Assembly: GCA_040285745.1 (NCBI GenBank)
Contig: JAUFOR010000001.1
Coordinates: 248,001-312,000 of the forward strand
Reading direction: 5' to 3'
DNA length: 64,000 bases
DNA from: Barthelona sp. PCE
Taxonomy: Eukaryota
Shown here: in pieces, positions 61,701-64,000 of the stretch
Layout: each line of letters opens with the position of its first letter
Numbering within the stretch: the first letter of the stretch is position 1
Made by a program: the position numbers and the translations under genes
Notes under the pieces: generated by a model
Told to the model about the DNA's origin: nothing
Databases searched by the model: none
What the model saw: only the letters and a program-made list of their open reading frames with translations

Positions 61701-64000
61701 ATTTATCATACACAACGTTCTTGAACTGCAAGTCGCATCGATATGAATAATAGTCAAGATAACTCACATCTTCGTGGATAACATCAACTAAATCAATAAC
61801 TAAAGAAAATGGATCATAAAATGAAAGCGCTCTGAGGGAAGCAAGTCCTGTTAGAATAGCAATGATTTGTTCATCTTTAAGGAAGATTTCAGGAGCGATA
61901 CGTGGAGACAACTCATTGTGTTCCTTGAGAAGCTCGATTGTACGGTCAGGATTAATAATAATCTTACTGGGATCCAAACTATGGTGTGAAGATACAGAAT
62001 TCTTTGAGGTGAGAATAGTATGAGAGAGTGAACTAGGTGCAAAGGAGCTAGGATTCAAGGCTCTCTCTCTCTCCTTCTCCTTAATCTGTTTTGAGAATGA
62101 GCAGACTTTTTGAACAGCTTCAACAGATACTTCAAGTTGTTCAAGACCAGTCTGCTTATGATTTCTGATGAATTCCCTTGATAAGAGGTCAGTAATAACC
62201 TTAAAAGTGCGCAAACTGACATCCTTATCAGAGTCCATATCATCAATCATTGATGATGGAACAAGCTGCTTGGAAATAAGATTGTTAACAGCATGTTCGA
62301 AAACCAAGTGTGATCTGGTCTGAGGGAACATGACGAATAATGGAAGACAACTCAAGACAGCACCTTCAAACAGAGACATTTCATTGGGATCATTCTGCTT
62401 CAATTTAACATCTTTCTCATCAAAATTGATTGAGCTCATAATCTTAACAGGTGTAGCTAATTCATCCATCATACTCTGAGTAGTAGCAGTGTTGTAATTA
62501 GGTTCTGTCTCAAGAACATCTTCAAAATCATCGGTTAAAGACCACTCAGTTGTTAGAGGAACACCTTCACTACCAGATTCTATTTCACTAAATTCATGGT
62601 CGATTACTGAAGTAGATTTGATGATGTTAGGGAATTGATCCGAAATAACATCTAGCGATTGATAGATCTGATTGAACAAGTGACCTACCGCTTCGATGTC
62701 CTGTATATTGATATGATAGCGGCTTTGCTTAACATTTAAATCAACAAATTGTTTGAAATCAGCAGAATACAAGTTGTTTGCGTTTTTAATTAATTGAATC
62801 TTTGATAAATGATTGCTTTCTAAGATGTTCAACTCACGGTTACAGTTAAGAATCATAAGATGCTTATCTTCAACCTTGTGGTATTTTTGACCTAACTCTA
62901 AAGATAAAATACAGAAATCGAATAGAATAACAAGCGTGGGGGAGTTTAGTGAACGAATACACGATTCACATTGAATTAGCTTTTGGTGAATATTCTGAAC
63001 GAATAATCCACTTAAAGACTCAAAACTAAAACTCTCAATAGAGCTAAAGAAAGTATTGAGTGAAAAGAAACACTTGCGGAAATCATCAAAGTTTGCAAAC
63101 TTATCTCCTTGATTGAATAGGCCACTGAAAGCAGAGGCAAACATATTGAGAGAAGATATATCATCTGCGTCATTTCTGAGCAGAAGAACATCATTGACGC
63201 TGTTTTGGTCAAACTCTAAAATTCGTTGCATGAACGCACTGTGCTTTTCTTGACATTCCCCAAATTCATTCTTAAGATTATCATGTTCCTGAGTCAAACC
63301 ATTGATCTTACCTTGTAGTTTTGCAATATTGTCCTGTTGAACAACGACAGTCTCTTCAAACTCTGAAATTTTAATCTTGATTCCAGATAACTTCTTTCTC
63401 AATTTTCTTGATTTCTCCTGTACTTTTGACAAGTTGCAGGATGTGCTTAAAAGCTGTTGGTGATTTTGATTCATAGATTGTTGCATCCATCCGATGAAAG
63501 AGATTAGGAGAATACGAACATGGTTCTTCTCAAGCTCAAATTTCTTCAAGTTACCAACGATGTGATAAAATGAGTTGATTATATTCATGAAAAGAGTGTC
63601 AAACTGTACATCTTGAACTCCTGGACTGATACTGTTGCGTCCCCAAGCGAATTGGAAACCGTATGGACTACTAGGTAAATAAATCAGTTTTTGCATCAGT
63701 GATTTTGTCGTTAGGAACATAAAACTGAAAAAGTGTGCATAATCTTCTTTCGATTGAGTACTGCAAAGTTGATATGCACTATCCATAGTTGAACGATGGA
63801 ACATACGTTGCATTCGTTGAATGTCCTTACTCTTCTCATTGCTCTTTTGCTTACGCTCAAGAATTAAGATAAGATCAGTAACTATCTGAACATAATCGAC
63901 TTTGTTGTAACTAACATTTTGGAATACAATGGTACGTGATAGGATAGGAAGTACTCTCTTAACACATGATGGGTTACTGAAAAGTGATGGAGGGAAAAGA
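58735..64000 (-). CDS. Highly divergent dynein heavy chain-like protein (C-terminal part); the frame stays open to the window edge
   Basis: Two coiled coils flanking a globular segment (stalk/MTBD layout), then AAA5-like LKEGKVVVLKQID...LLQYNGTTIELPSTSKIFIQT and EKYEPDVWE; no stop found between 63813 and the edge. Confidence 0.65.
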   Translation of the reverse strand, partial: LFPPSLFSNPSCVKRVLPILSRTIVFQNVSYNKVDYVQIVTDLILILERKQKSNEKSKDIQRMQRMFHRSTMDSAYQLCSTQSKEDYAHFFSFMFLTTKSLMQKLIYLPSSPYGFQFAWGRNSISPGVQDVQFDTLFMNIINSFYHIVGNLKKFELEKNHVRILLISFIGWMQQSMNQNHQQLLSTSCNLSKVQEKSRKLRKKLSGIKIKISEFEETVVVQQDNIAKLQGKINGLTQEHDNLKNEFGECQEKHSAFMQRILEFDQNSVNDVLLLRNDADDISSLNMFASAFSGLFNQGDKFANFDDFRKCFFSLNTFFSSIESFSFESLSGLFVQNIHQKLIQCESCIRSLNSPTLVILFDFCILSLELGQKYHKVEDKHLMILNCNRELNILESNHLSKIQLIKNANNLYSADFKQFVDLNVKQSRYHINIQDIEAVGHLFNQIYQSLDVISDQFPNIIKSTSVIDHEFSEIESGSEGVPLTTEWSLTDDFEDVLETEPNYNTATTQSMMDELATPVKIMSSINFDEKDVKLKQNDPNEMSLFEGAVLSCLPLFVMFPQTRSHLVFEHAVNNLISKQLVPSSMIDDMDSDKDVSLRTFKVITDLLSREFIRNHKQTGLEQLEVSVEAVQKVCSFSKQIKEKERERALNPSSFAPSSLSHTILTSKNSVSSHHSLDPSKIIINPDRTIELLKEHNELSPRIAPEIFLKDEQIIAILTGLASLRALSFYDPFSLVIDLVDVIHEDVSYLDYYSYRCDLQFKNVVYDKLKEGKVVVLKQIDLLIPLPEFIYDLLDVLQQKDESMKLLQYNGTTIELPSTSKIFIQTMQSSTHSSFYSAKLCNYNFNYFDINHDTLIRIYSLKMIEKYEPDVWELMRINVGLMHKFKKQRSELSEKIIDKIKGYKRSTDHKDVQSLANQLKTLKEEFIESGSILDVFNTLSGTILDYSIDKYAYFCNVVSSMQASIAFVQESSQIFHLVPRVEGYFKMINEHVLKGDRSEDGDQTFLDKLISKIVLDVFSRIPRTRDRLLLAMSFLKNMKIVKKVQFALVMKLFSGECDFDMLFNTFPEMFDDQTVDFIEGSFFCNIDLNAPIDYDHIPQELQHLDHFTYTLLFIMLKPDGIFDMLSQFVCLNSLKGLLGLECYIRLSEAGIDFGEYSSYVISSRYMSIIGGMMNTYKIDDVTDEIIQSQPIFGITSAQLDSKEVLRVLCDLPATSKVVLFCDVHSISQIKPAILIKSLIANDGHLYDETILSSPQELKRLWLSNVIWSLVSHQVHFTEKTILYQQTCGGFTFNTMVSLSLMQLNMPRIGSRPQVNLFHRIGPVNVMEDIKDNTYRSMLPVKCHPHQIMDVVDLINSSFDSVVKSVFIFPLESKVVEIPMPELMKWLSSSKMIDFINGITALQNDNPLILNESIKFANSAGITFRAHLPDNNRTSTLSLFDRLQNLVNFISISLNDKLSITREEYARISSHPLATIVFNLVSSIKIIRQELINDCNKILDALKALKQPCSDEVYALMYTYLNDLIPNNVIALLNPTSDGFCSSYSMSYSKSEMLRYPLHDFIGDIQMQIKSIKDLLSKICGDNIETSMLSDVLIDHPYCGRANPIFPTFFMHYLLPEFKKIDYEFDMVVVLKENIRGEIAGLIGDGVLSKSYLTIDQFPINGVCISYEEKKEGNDEWVHMNFLPSMINNTHLPLAQVRICRHQVLQKHPVTTTSIKLASPMVNMVRNLNSVLVLDSSFVEPHNSHAGIVALSGWATN

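Noticed and set aside
1-64000. Alternative genetic code (TAA/TAG = Gln, as in hexamitid diplomonads)
   Set aside because: Conserved proteins end at TAA/TAG at the expected positions (EEF2, RPL14, RPS3A) and long ORFs have no in-frame TAR
1-64000. CRISPR arrays, transposases, rRNA or tRNA genes, prokaryotic operons
   Set aside because: None recognised by eye; gene content and introns are eukaryotic. A tRNAscan/Rfam run would be needed to exclude small RNAs

Overview
This is a very gene-dense eukaryotic genomic segment, not prokaryotic, with about 36 protein-coding genes in the standard genetic code and tiny intergenic spacers. It most likely comes from an anaerobic flagellated protist of the Metamonada; this is inferred from pyruvate:ferredoxin oxidoreductase, RSPH9, a dynein heavy chain and Giardia/Trichomonas-style introns. 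I reconstructed seven spliceosomal introns that the ORF track misses (eEF2 x2, RSPH9, RPL14, GIGYF, a tRNA-binding protein, RPS3A). All begin GTAT(G/T) and end with a fused branch point/acceptor nCTHAY(A/C)YYTAG. Four are 41-44 nt; two of the three longer ones contain a stem that closes exactly 27 nt before the 3' end and brings the unpaired length back to 37-42 nt. A TTTCAC initiator-like motif precedes many start codons. Notable genes: a GEX1/KAR5-type nuclear fusion protein, a fused dihydropyrimidine dehydrogenase with a collapsed NAD(P)H module, a divergent PFO, a GIGYF homolog, a VAP with a very long coiled coil, and a highly divergent dynein heavy chain running off the right edge. No rRNA, tRNA, CRISPR array or mobile element was recognised. 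All assignments are by-eye motif recognition; no database searches were run.
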